Of a DNA stretch of 64,000 nucleotides, positions 48,818 through 62,100 are shown piece after piece. The notes beneath the pieces were generated by a model. It was not told the origin of the DNA, searched no databases, and saw only the letters and a list, made by a program, of their open reading frames with translations. The translations under genes were made by a program, and so were the position numbers. Position 1 is the stretch's first letter; the number at the start of each line of letters is the position of its first letter. This DNA comes from Batkoa obscura (Eukaryota): contig JASVEC010000012.1 of the NCBI GenBank assembly GCA_030770535.1, positions 434,001 to 498,000 of the forward strand. The letters are read 5' to 3'.

Positions 48818-50590
48818 TTAGTGCCTTAAAAGATCTTTACCATTTACAATTTGGGGACTACCAATCACTTGCATATCGATACGAAGATAACGTTCATCGG
48901 TAGAATAAGAACCAGAATCTTCTCTCCATGGTGTAAGCACAGAAAACATAGTAGGTTTCTCACATAACATATCCTTGGATGATAAATCTTCTGAATTATT
49001 ACCTTGACGTGGAATAAATGAACGAATAGTAGATGCATAAAGGTAAGCTATCTTGGACTCTTGAGCAAATGGTATAAGATCTGTTATTTTATTTGGCTTT
49101 TGTTCCTGTTCCACATTATTGGCTTCAACAGGTGCTTGACATATCTCTTCCTTCTTTTTGTTTTGATAGTTACGGTTGACATAACTGAATAATTCTTGGG
49201 TATTGGTTTCTTTTTTCAATTGTTGTTGAACTGAAAATACATGATTAATGACCATATCACTAGCTCTGGTGCTTAATTCTGGATAATGGTATTGTGGGGT
49301 ACCATCTGGATGACGTACACTATAGCTTGGTTTCACTTGGGCTTTGGTAGCTAATTCACTAATAACACGTTCAGTTAAAATTGGCTCATTACTGGGTAAA
49401 GTTATACTGGAATTATAATGATTGCTCACCGTGGGGTAAGAGAATAGAACAAATGAAAAGAAAAATAACATAAAAATAACATTTACCGATTTTTGGGATG
49501 ATCCTTTTTCACTTTCAAAAATTTCCATGGCATGCGTACCAGTTTCACTACCAGCATGCATATCTTCTTGTTGATGTACTTGGATCGATTGTAAACTAGG
49601 TAAATTCGTATGTGTTGGGTTACCACCAAGTGAAAGTACCATAAGTTCTAATTCTTCGATGCGTGATTTTAAATGAGTATTTTCGACATTAAGACGATTG
49701 TTTTCATTTTCAAGTTGAATCACCTGTTCACGTTTACGTTTACGAGAGTTAAGTGCAGCAGCACGATTCTTTATTAAACGTTCCTGTCTCTTTGTCAAGG
49801 CCATTTGACGTGCATTATCTTCAGGTTGTTTAACCGGTACATAGGGGCTTTCAAGGGTGGCTTCTTGTGGTTCAAGCTTTACCATCCCATTTTTAGGTTG
49901 TGGTACTGGTACATAAATTTTAGATTCAACTGGTCCAGGTTTAGGAGCAATGATCACAGGCATTTTATTCAGAGTGGCATAAGCGTTGCGAATTGGATGG
50001 AAATCCGCCTTTGTTTTTTTCTTTTGTTTGCTTTTACCAGATTCAGCTTTTCTTGTATTTTTACTGGTCGATTTTGAGGATAGTGGTTCCGAATTATTTT
50101 GAGAAGAGGGGGAGTCATTGGAGCCATGAGATTGCTGGTTAGTAGAAAAATCTTTAGCACAATAAATTTGTTGGAACATAGGCATCATCATTGAGTTTTC
50201 TAGTATTGGATCCATTTTATTAATAGGATTTGTTTTACTAGAAAGTTCTGGAACCAAACCATTGCTAACTGGGAAGGAGTCCACGAGACCTAATTGACAA
50301 ACGCTGTTCCATTCTTCTAATGTTAAAGCAGAAGTAGGTAGAAGTGTTGGTGTTGTTAAAGAATTAGATATCCAAGAGGAAGGAGAAGTACTGTTATGGT
50401 TTAATTCAGGAGAATGAGAAGCTTGAATACCAAAATTTGTACTAAAGTCATTAACGTTATTCATATTTAATTGTGAAGAAAAGGTATTTGGAGAAGGAAT
50501 AGAGTTATTTTCAAAAGAATCTAAAAACATATCTTGATTGACAAAGGCTTCGAAGTTGTCTTCATCGGTATGGAAGCTAACTGGATTCAT
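48818..50590 (-). CDS. Membrane-anchored bZIP transcription factor, ATF6-like
   Basis: Acidic N-terminus; bZIP KRQERLIKNRAAALNSRKRKREQVIQLE; TM VNVIFMLFFFSFVLFSYP; ~200-aa C-terminal domain ending KPTMFSVLTP..YLRIDMQVIG. Confidence 0.75.
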   Translation of the reverse strand: MNPVSFHTDEDNFEAFVNQDMFLDSFENNSIPSPNTFSSQLNMNNVNDFSTNFGIQASHSPELNHNSTSPSSWISNSLTTPTLLPTSALTLEEWNSVCQLGLVDSFPVSNGLVPELSSKTNPINKMDPILENSMMMPMFQQIYCAKDFSTNQQSHGSNDSPSSQNNSEPLSSKSTSKNTRKAESGKSKQKKKTKADFHPIRNAYATLNKMPVIIAPKPGPVESKIYVPVPQPKNGMVKLEPQEATLESPYVPVKQPEDNARQMALTKRQERLIKNRAAALNSRKRKREQVIQLENENNRLNVENTHLKSRIEELELMVLSLGGNPTHTNLPSLQSIQVHQQEDMHAGSETGTHAMEIFESEKGSSQKSVNVIFMLFFFSFVLFSYPTVSNHYNSSITLPSNEPILTERVISELATKAQVKPSYSVRHPDGTPQYHYPELSTRASDMVINHVFSVQQQLKKETNTQELFSYVNRNYQNKKKEEICQAPVEANNVEQEQKPNKITDLIPFAQESKIAYLYASTIRSFIPRQGNNSEDLSSKDMLCEKPTMFSVLTPWREDSGSYSTDERYLRIDMQVIGSPQIVNGKDLLRH

Positions 50591-51529
50591 ATTTAATGAA
50601 CTATTTTTTATATAATTAAAATTTTAAAATAAATTATTAGAAAGAAATTGAGATGATTCTACTCTGTTCATTTAAATAGCATTGTTCCTTCAAACTTAAG
50701 CATTTGACTATGTAATTCCAAATTTCCTGGGGAAATTCAAAATTTATAGAGTAACCTTAATTTCATTCAATTTATTACGCTATAAACTGAACATGAATGG
50801 CTTATTTGAACTATTGATGAAAATGATTGGTAACTAAAAAAATTACTCGATTACTAAATATATAAATCATGTGCCCACTGACCTTAAACGCAATTTAATA
50901 AAAAAGCAGAAATAGCAAAATATTGATAAATGATTGGCTAATCTCAATTACAAGATGTTTTGCAATTAATAAAGTGGTGAAAGATAACAATATTATTGTA
51001 CGTATTTATAACCATTGAGAATAGAAGTTAATTATAGAAAGAGTGGCATAGCAAATTGTTATTAATAAATTAGATCTGATTAATTGATGATTATTATGAC
51101 ATTGTTTTTAGATATGTTTATTAACATAAATATTATATAATACATCAAAATATCATTACTTTTTATGATTGTTATTAAATTAGGTTTAAAAATCAAATTT
51201 TAGTTTATTTGGTTTCAAAGCCACTCATCTTTAGCTGCATAATGGTTGAATTCCTTTCAAACCTTAAATCAAACTCTAAATGAGATTCCGTTTTATTTGT
51301 GCCATTTCTAGATTTAGAAAAGTTTCTAATATTTTATAAATGTTCAATTATAAAATTTCAAAGATTCAACACTAAATAGCCTAAAAAACCAAGAACATTG
51401 AAAAAAATGATATAAAAATAAGGATATTAGTTAAGAATTCAATAATATTTTTTATTAGTTCATTTTTGATTCGTGTGAGAAAAGTTATTCTTTTATAATA
51501 TGGAACTTTTATTGTCAGTTTATTTTATT

Positions 51530-51531
51530 AA

Positions 51532-51570
<39 letters not shown>
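51530..51570. repeat. (AAAT)n microsatellite
   Basis: Direct reading, about 10 units. Confidence 0.9.
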
Positions 51571-52010
51571 AAATAAAAAATAAATAAAATAGAATATTTG
51601 TGTATAAACTTTTATTATTTATTTCATTCCAATCTTACTCTTTATGCTTACGTTTGAGTTTTGAACCCCTTTTTTAATCTTTTAAACAATAATTAAAATT
51701 ATGAATAGAAATTCAAGAAATTGCCAAGTGTTGAATAATATTCTAAAATCAATAATATTCAAAATCAAACTCCTAAAATTTGCTTCAACATTAAAGCATT
51801 CTACTTATAATTAAATTGAAACTATCATTTTTTATTATTAAATTAAAATTAGTCAATATTTTATTAAAATATAGATCATAATGGAATGTTACATGAATAG
51901 CGTAATTATTTTTGTATGTTAAATTTTAGACTGATAATATCATGAAATTATAGTAAATCAGTTGACATGTCAGTAGTATTTATGTTCATTTGAAATTCGC
52001 TTTTTTATAT

Positions 52011-52109
52011 GGGGATGTATTTTTTTGTTTAAGAATTTTACCAACAATCTTTCTGCTCAAATAGCGCTTAAAAAATGGAAAAAGTAATGAAACTAAAAAA
52101 AACATCCTC
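52011..52109 (+). mobile_element. Sola-type MITE copy
   Basis: ATAT-GGGGATGT...ACATCCTC-ATAT. Confidence 0.93.
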
Positions 52110-53109
52110 ATATGTAATACTAATCTCAATTAAGTAGAATTGTATTTATTGTCATTAAAGTATTGATAACATTAAATATTTTACAATTAACTTAATTTTA
52201 TTATAAAACAAAATAATATTAATATTATTTAGACTACAAATTATAAATTGAAACAATTAATACATCTAACAGAGTTCTATTTTAAGATCCTGTAAGTTTC
52301 TATAAATATATCTATATTATTTTGATTTGAATATATTAGAAAAGCTTGTAAAGAAATCAACTAAAAAGCTTATTTATTAAATAAGTTTGATCTAATGTTA
52401 TATGCTAAGCTACTTTTAATGTTTATACTAAATAATTTAAAACAAATATAATTGTTACATCTAATTTATTAAATTGGCATTTGAAACTTATAGTGGTAGT
52501 GTAGGTTTTTTATATAAATAAAACGAATTTTAATATTGAGAGATTTTCTTTATAGCTTAAACTTTAAAAAATTATATTAATAACAACTTTTATTTACATT
52601 AATTACAATAATTTGATTGAATAAGTTGATGTTTTGGGAGCCGCTTTAAACTATAATTAACAATACTTTCTTCTGAAGAATATGAGACCACTGGTTTAGA
52701 TACAGTGATAATTTGAGTAGAGTTAAAAACATAATGATTTTTTACTTATAGATTATAGTACTATTATAATATAATATAATTATAATTCTATAATAGTTAA
52801 AAACAGTGTATTCTTTAAAATAAAATAAAATGGAATTATTAATATTGGTTTCTATTATTAAATCAATATACCATGGTAAATATTTATAATTTATCAAATT
52901 TTATTGATGAAGATGATATACAATTAAAAATTTAATTTACTTTAATCATTATTATTGTTATTATCAAACTTAAACTTAAATGGTCGAAAATTAGATAAAT
53001 CTGATATTCATTGAACTAATAAAATATTGAAACAATTCATATAAAATAAATAAATCAAAAAACTTTATAAAAAAGTGCTAAATTTATTAACTCATAAAAC
53101 ACCTTTTAC

Positions 53110-56100
53110 TTAAGCAGCAGTAATACCTACTCCTCTTTGAGCAAATTGATGTTGAGAAACATTGGATTTAACCTTGACCACGAACAATAGATCGGATCTA
53201 TCCACATTAAGATACACTGGTAACTCCACTAAATTCTTTTCCTCACTCTCTTTATCTTCCTTTTTATTCTTCCATTTCAATGAAGTAAACTGTACCTTTT
53301 GTTGTAACATTTTAGAAGGTAACATACTCTTATCGGATAAATTTAATTCCCCACCTTCCAATTTTAATTCTTTAATTATAAAACAGTCTGAATTGGTATT
53401 ATCTTCTCCTAAATAAACATCCAATACTAAATCTTCTAAGGACCAATTATTTCTTTGTGCAGCTACTTGACGAGTAGCGGTGATATAAGCTTCAGGTATA
53501 AATAAACCACCCATCCAAATTTTTAATGTAGCTAAATCCGTTTCAGTACCCGCTGAAGCAATCTCTTCCAGTTGTGCTAATCTTTTACGGAAATCAGTAA
53601 TCCAATTAGATACTGAATAAATCATTGGTACTTTATATTTTTTCCATTTGATTGGTATATTACCTTTATTAAGATCGCTTAATAATTGACGTAAATGATT
53701 GGTTTGTTTAATTTCACCACGGCATAAAGACAATATACTATTTAAATCATATCTTATTGAATTTAATAAAGAATATCCAATCGAATTTTCTCGATCAAAT
53801 ACACGGAATAATGGGTTGGTGGAACTCTTTGGTGTACTTGGTAATAAAGGTAATTTTTCAGGTAATAATTTAAGCCAAGATTCAGCAGAAGTAGCAATGG
53901 CTCGCATCCAAGCAGGTATTTGAATAGAAGTTGATTCTGTTTCATTGGATTTGTTATTATTAATTAAATCTTCAGAATCATCATCTACCATACTCTTCAT
54001 TCTTCTTACATTATTAATAAATGTATTTCCTTTTTGGGTTAATAATACTTTTTGAGCATTACTTGGTAAACCCAACCAATTAGGGGGTTCAACATCGGGT
54101 AGTTTATTGCACCAATTGATAAATTGATCTAATTTAATAGCATCGGGTATAACTAATGCTGTTGTATTCTCTTCATATTTTTTAACTAATTCGAATTCTA
54201 AATTATAACTATCTTTTGTAAATATTGTGTTAACAAAAGAATCTAATAGTTTTTGATCAAATTCGTTATCAATTTTACCCCCATAAACAGATTGAGCTAA
54301 TAATGTACAGATTGCATCAAATGGTATTTTTTCAGGTGATAAATTACTTCTTCCTTTAGCCACACTATCTAACCAATTGTCTATTGTAGCTAATCCACAA
54401 TTTAAATCAGCATCATTAAATTCATATATTTTAGACCAACCAAGGGGTACATAACGTAAACGTTCTTGTACAATGGCATGAATCCAAGATACTAAGAAGT
54501 AAAGACGAGATCTTTCAACAGGTCCATTTTCCAATTTAGATACATTAATTGATTTAAGAGATTCTTGTAAATTAGCTTTAATACCTGGTGGTGGTTCAAA
54601 CAATAATACTCGAGACATACGTAATAAATTAACTGGTACTTTAGGATTTGTTTCCATTGTTAAAAATAATCGAAAGTTATTATGTGGTTTAAGACTATGT
54701 AATTTCTTTTCTAATTGTCCTAACCAAGATGGAGCTAAATGAACATTCTTTAATAAAACCCATGTACCATTTTTTACTGCATTAGTAATTGCTTGATCTG
54801 CTAATGAAAAACCTTCAGCTGATCCCATTGCTACTGAAGTACAACGAGTAGACATTATAGAAGCTAAATTATCTACTCTATTACTAGCATCATAACCAGG
54901 AATAGAACAAAGGGCAATTGGAGTAGATGCTTTAACTTCATTTAAAGTTAATTTTTTAAAATCTAATTCAATATCACCAAAGAATCTTGGTCCAAATACT
55001 TTTTCAACAAATAAAATTGAAGAGGATATTAATTGATCTGGATGAATACATTTGATTATTAATAACTTTTTAAATGTAGTTTGAATTGGACTTAGTTGAA
55101 TTTCAGTCGACCAACATTCAGGTACATTATTCAAATCCCCATTATAATCAAATACAAATGATTTCCATAGTTCTTCATTATTAGCTGCATGAATTGCTAA
55201 ATTATTAAATGAATCTAATTGCATTAAATCTGATAATGAATGAATCATATCTTCTGTAAATATATCTGTGGATAAACCTGAGTTTATATGTTGATCATTA
55301 ATAGCTTCAATAGAACCAGTAAAAAAATTATATTCATTATCTTCAATTGGATGATTAATACTCTTTAAAAAGATATGAGTTAAGATAGTTGAAAAAGTCA
55401 CATGATCATCATGAAGTAAAGTTTGAGATACTCTTCTAAAACTTTCAATAAATAAATCCTTACTTAACATATTTAATCTTTCATTTTGATCTGTAATTCC
55501 AATTAAATTCTTATTATCATTCAATATAAAATTAAAGATGTCATAAAAGAAATCTAATGAAAATTGATAAAAATGATGTAAAGAATGAATTTGATCAATA
55601 GCAAAAAAGATAGAACTACATGCTTGTGCTAATGGTGTAAAAGCAGCTGTAACTGCTTCTACTTCTTGAATTACTGTATCTGTTTCTTCTACTTTTTTAG
55701 CTACTTCTCCAGCTTCCCTTTTTAATGTTTCCAAAGTATCAATAACCGAATCATCATCTAAAATATTACCTTTAGATTCACTTAAAGCAGCTAATAATGA
55801 TTTTTCTAAATGACGTAAACGTAATCGATATTCTCCTTGGATTTTAATAATATCCGATCGCTTCCTATCTGTTTCTGGACTTTCTGTTTTTAATACTTTA
55901 TTTAAACATTGACTTTGCAAGGAACCTCTAGTCACTGTAAAATTAACAAAAGTAACACGGGAACAAACATCGGGTGGGAAATTAACGGATGGATCACGAG
56001 TAGATAAAAATAAAGTAAAAGAAGGTGAAAAATCAATATCTTGTCCACCTAACCTTATTAATACACGCCCACCAGTACGTCTTAATTCTCTATTTAATAC

Positions 56101-59100
56101 TGGATTCAATATTGGATCTAGATTTTCAACATCTTGAATTAATAATGGATTTCCAAATCTTAATGCAGATTCTAAATTTTTAAGGAAAGAATCATCCAAG
56201 AAACTAGTAATTGTTATCTTCTTATCTTTAAATTCATTAGCTAAGAAATTAGTAGCTTGTCCAGAAGGATCAATAATTAATGGATAACGATTAAATCTCT
56301 TTAACATAATTGCATTTTCAATGCATAAATCATCCGCTGGTAATGAATTATCTTGCCATGCTTGTCTTTCATCAGCTGTAGATAGATATTCGGTTAAAGA
56401 TATTTCTTGTTTAAAATTAATACTTGATCTTATTAAATGACTTGTCCATTTTTCAAATAAGATTTCTCGATATTGTTGATCAAAGTAACCACCATAAGCC
56501 ATATAAGCTGCTGATAATAAACAGTCACCTACAATAGTAGCCATTTGAGTTTCAAATGCTTGACTAGAAGCTTCCCAGCGTTCTTTTTCAGAAGATAAAC
56601 TACCTAATAAGGTCATAGATCGATTCACTTTAGATTTGACTCTTTCCATTTCCCCCTTAATAGATTGTACTTGTGAAATAAGTATAGCGTATTCTTCTTT
56701 ATAAGTTGAAATACTATTTTCTAAATCTTCGATCATTTGCATAATTTTACTAGCTTCATTCTGTGTTTCTTTAGCTGAATTTTCAAGTACAACAACTTCA
56801 TTGCGTAATGGTCCAACACGGTCCAAAATGGAAGAATAATTGACTTGAGCAATTACCCATTGAACTAATGGGCCACAAGCTTTACTAGCTCGATTAACTG
56901 TTTCAAAATTAAAGTTGCCATTAGACATATATTCTTTTTTAATTTTATCACGGATACTACGAGTTAGTTTAGCTTCCGTTGTATAAGTCTCAATACTGGA
57001 TATAAAATCATCCCTTCTTAATATACCTTGGACCGATTTCCATGATTCAATTTTATGACCTAATAAAATACATACCGACTCCATAGCTATTTTAACTGGT
57101 AAAGGTGGGTTAGCCATAGAACGTACTTCCGTTAAATGTTGTTTTTTAATATTTCTAACACTCTTTTGAGCTTCAATAACAGCTGGTTCAGCATTAGCCA
57201 GATCATCCATAACAATAGCCGTACGTTCAGCAATCGCTTTATTTTTAATTTCTAATTCCGCTTGAATTTTGATAGAATCTTCTTTTTTAGATTCTGCTTC
57301 TTGTTGATCTGCTACCATCTTTTTTAATTTTTCATTAGCTTCCATATTCTTTTCATTTAATTCTTTTTCTTTTAATGCTAAACTAGCTCTCAATTCTTCC
57401 ACTTGAACAACTGTACTATGTAATTTTTCTAAACCAATATTTAAATGACGTTGTTGGTCTTCTAAATCTTCTCTCTTTTCATTATGGAGTTTAACATAAT
57501 GATTAATAAAATCAAGATAATGCCTTGGGGTAACATGATTATATCTACCTTGTCGTTTAGATAACTTATTATTAACTTCATATAAAGTCATATGAACATA
57601 AACAAAACCATTGATAAGGGCATCACGATGATTGGGTGGCATTGGTAAATCTCTATAAGCCACTTGAATATCATCTGGTGGTGTATACATTGGTAAATCA
57701 ATATCCAATGCTTGAGTAAATTCTTTACCAACTTGAAAGAATGCTTGGTCAGACCAATCACCAAACCAATCCAATACACAACGATTGAATAAAGCAGGAG
57801 AAGTAGCTGCACGAGAACCAAGGCCACCTTCTGGTGGATTCATAGTAAATACAACATGTAAATTTTTCATAACTTGTTGAGTAAACCATTTATATAATTC
57901 TTCACCTGAATCTAACATTCTACCTTCTCTTTGAGCTGCTTCTTTACATTGATTCATTAAAGCAGAATATTCATCTCCTTCAAACAAACCTGGTACTTCG
58001 GCATTAGCTAATAACGTATTCATTCTTTCCAAGAAACCAGAATCTAATACATTGGATTCATCCATAATAAAACAAATCTTTTCTCCTTTACAGCCTGCTC
58101 TTCTAAGCACAGTTCTTAAATCTTCGTCAAAATCATCACCTGTATATTTATTATGAGCTTTAATTTGAAAGATACTTAACCCATTCATCCAAGCAACGAA
58201 TCGAGATAAAGTTGTTTTACCAGAACCAGAAACACCAATTAATAATAAATGACCTTGCATTTGTCTAAATACACGATCAATTCTTAATACGTGTTCTAAA
58301 ACATCATTATGTAATACTAATGGAACATCTAATTCTTCTTCATAAAATACTTTTAATCTTGCTTTTGTATAATCCCTTAATTCATCTCTAGTAATTGGTA
58401 TATAGTGTTTAGATAACCAATTAGAGAATAAGATTGGACGAACTAATGCTTCTTCTTTATTTAAATTGGGGAAATTTGTTATTGCTACTTCATCAATTAA
58501 ATCATCGGTCCATTTCCTTTCATCTTCATTAACCAGTCGATCTTGGAATAATCTTAAAGCCTCATGTGCCCAAATACGTACTAATTCTTCTACACTCAAA
58601 CTATCTAATGGTTTCATAGCTTCAAAGATACCCCTCATCCAACGCGTTAATTCACGTGGTGAATAAATATAATGGGCTTGAATGTCTGGAGTAAATCTCT
58701 TTTGAGAAGCTAAATAAACATCTACCATAGCAGAAGTTAAATTATCGGAATAGCCTCTTAAATCTGGTATTATTTTAAGCATAGCTCTTGAGAATGTACC
58801 ATAAATTTGTTTTAATGATAATTCACCTGGATAATCTACCATAACCAATGGTGCATGTCTTAAGAATCGATGGCTCAATGGTACACGACCTGGATCCGTA
58901 GGTGGATTACAAGCGCCAACAAATTGAATACGTTCTAAAGTAACCCAACTCTTATCAGCTGTTCTCCAAAAACCACCATGTTCAATTAGTTGTCTTAAAA
59001 ACGAAATAACCCGTTGTGTACCATATTTGTCTGTGGAGGGTAGATTAATTTCATCACAAAAGATAACTAACCAACGGCCAATCATTGTAGGAGAAAGTAA

Positions 59101-62100
59101 TACACCATTGGGTGTCTTTCTATATTCACAATATTGTTCAAAAGTTTTCATTATTAATTCTGGTGTGGTTGCACTAGAAAAATTAAGACCCACTACTTCC
59201 ATATCAGGTAATTTACGTAAAGCACTAAATAATGTCATAGTTTTACCAGAACCAGGTGGTCCACATAACATCAATGGTTTATGTTCAGATAACCAAGAAT
59301 ATAATACTTCTTCATGACGAATTGTATCTACAGTTGGTATAACCACATCTGCTTCAGCAACTGTATGTGTTTCAATATCTATTACTGGTACTTTACCCTC
59401 CCAAGAGACCCATTCATTATCTGGTAATGTGACATCATAATCAATAATGGATGAATTGGGTGCAAAGGCAGGTAATTCAATAGTTGTAATACCCCGAATA
59501 AATTCACCCAATTCAGCACGAATATCCAATTTAGTATCCCCTGAAAAACTCCAAATTAATGCTAATACAAGTTTACGTTGAATATAACTTTCTAATACAT
59601 CTGTTGTTAAGGCACTTTCTAAACCTTGTAAATTGAAATCAATAATATTTCTAACAACTTTGTTCAATAATGAAAATAAAGTAGTTAATACTCTCATGCG
59701 AGTAAAATCCATAATATGATTGATAGTAAATGCAAAATTAAGTGTTTTTGTAACTAAAGCATCTTCTGTAAAGAAAGGAGCTAATATAGTAGCACATTGT
59801 TGTTGAGTTGAAAGAGCTAAGGACTCATTTTCAGTGCCTTTAATGTTGGCTAAATCTTCTTCTGATTCAGCTAATATTTGAGTTTTTAATTTATTTAAAT
59901 ATTCTTTATAAATCATATTTAAACTAACAACATCTTCTGAATACCAAACCATACCACATCGACTAACTGTAGCTAAAGTAGCTTGACGTAAATCTTCTAC
60001 TTCAAACATAATACGTACATTGGAAGGTAAACTTAATCTTTCTCCGTTTGGTAATGTTAATAACCGATTATCATCTAATACTGAATTTAAATTCTCCACC
60101 CACTCTGGATCAACATCTCCATCAAATATAATCCAATGTCTTTTACCACTTTCTCCACGCATATTATCAATAATTTTTCTTAATATATGTGTAAATAATC
60201 CATCACTCCATTCTCTAGTTGTTTGATCTAATGAACCATAAAGTGCTTCTTTTGACATTGCTTTAGGATCAATTACATAAGATACACCTTCAATATTATC
60301 TACTTTTTCTAATGCTGCTAATAAGGTACGCCATGCTACAGATTTACCTGAACCAGATGGACCAACCATCATTAAACCATGATGAATATTTTGAATTTGG
60401 TATAATTGAATAATTTTTTCCATCCAATTAGGTTCATCTACTAAATTACGTTCTTTACAAATACTAATAATACTTTCTTTTAATTTATCTAAATCAACTG
60501 GAGCATATTCAACACCTGGGAATACATCCGTCATTAAACTTTTTAATAATGGTATATCTTCAGATACTAATTTAGGTACTAAAGTTTCACGTACACTTTG
60601 AATTAATATTTCTTGTTCAGTACTTCCTTTAGAAAAGGTATCATCTATACTTTGTTCTTCATTATTTTTAATACTATCTCGAATCTTTTGTAAACGATTA
60701 CGTTTTAAGTTACCAGCACTAACTAATACACTCTTTAAGGCACGTAAGCCAAAATCATAATGAGATTGAGGTGATAATTGTTCAGCACATAAAACAAATA
60801 GTGGAACTACTTTAGAAGCTAATAATTCAGCAGAATTAAAACCTTGACTATATAACATAACTTGAGCAATCAATTCTCTATCTGGTTTTGTCATAGCCAT
60901 TGAACGGAATAATTTTTTAAGATTATCAGGTAGATTAGAACGACCTGCATATCCTGGATTCATTGTAATAAAAATACCTGTATCTCCATGAATTTTTACA
61001 TTTTTTCCAACTAAATCAATTGTTTGTTTTGGATTTTCTTGTAATTTTTTAAGTCCAAGTTGAATAGATTGAATTTGTTGAGATACAGCTGATAATATTT
61101 TTTCTTCTAATCGATTAAATTCATCAAAACAACCCCAAGCACCCACTTGACATAACCCAATAAAAATTCTTCCCATGGCTTGGAAATCAAAGTTTTCATC
61201 ACAACAAAATACTAATACAAATCTACCTAATTGAACTCCTAACGCTTTAACAGATTCTGTTTTTCCTGTACCTGCTGGTCCAAAAGGAGAACCACCTAAT
61301 CTAGCTTCTAAAGCTTGTGTTAATGTTAAATAACAACGATCTGTTAATGGGGTTTGTACTAATCGATCTGGTATACCTAAATATTCATAGCCGTAATAGA
61401 AATTAGCATTGGCCATTTGAATATTTAATCGATGTAATGGTTCTTGTATAGTTGAATTATAATAAAATCGCATTTGATATAACCAGTTGAAATCTTTGTT
61501 GTTAATGACCTTGTTTTTAATTAATAATCGAATTACATCTCTTTGATGAACTAATTCAGTAATTAAATGTTCACATTTACGTCGTTGAGTTACTACTAAA
61601 TCTGTTAAAACAGCATCTGCTAATGTAATCAATCCTCTTTCTACTTTATTTAATGCTGAATCAAAATGAGTTAAATCTAACTTATCATTTTTTGAAGTAA
61701 TAAAACCATCTTCAATTGTTTGAGTCCAAATAGCTTGAGAAGCAAGTACAACTAATTGAGCTGGATATTTATTAATCCATTGCATAAATAATTCATTATT
61801 TAAGTCATCTGCTAAATAAACTGTAGATAATTCTTTAATCGCATCATCTAATAACAAAGCCAATGAAACTTTCATTTCATTTTCAATCATTGTTAACCAA
61901 TCATTAATTCTTGGGTTTTCTTTTAATATAATTGGTTTTTTAAATAATACTTCTTCTCCATCTTTTGATGCCATACCAATAATAATACTTGTATCTTCAT
62001 TTAATAATATATTATTAATACCAGCAAACATTTTTTTAAAATGTTTTTGAATTCTTAATATATCTTTACTATTTCCAATAATTTCTAATAAATCTTCGTC

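Noticed and set aside
175..52109. Recurring short repeat considered as a CRISPR-like array
   Set aside because: Copies are dispersed, in both orientations, with TIRs and TSDs; there is no repeat-spacer periodicity and no cas genes
53162..60226. Short antisense/alternate-frame ORFs over dynein, also over CorA, GGT, bZIP and the transposase
   Set aside because: Shadows of long real coding sequences
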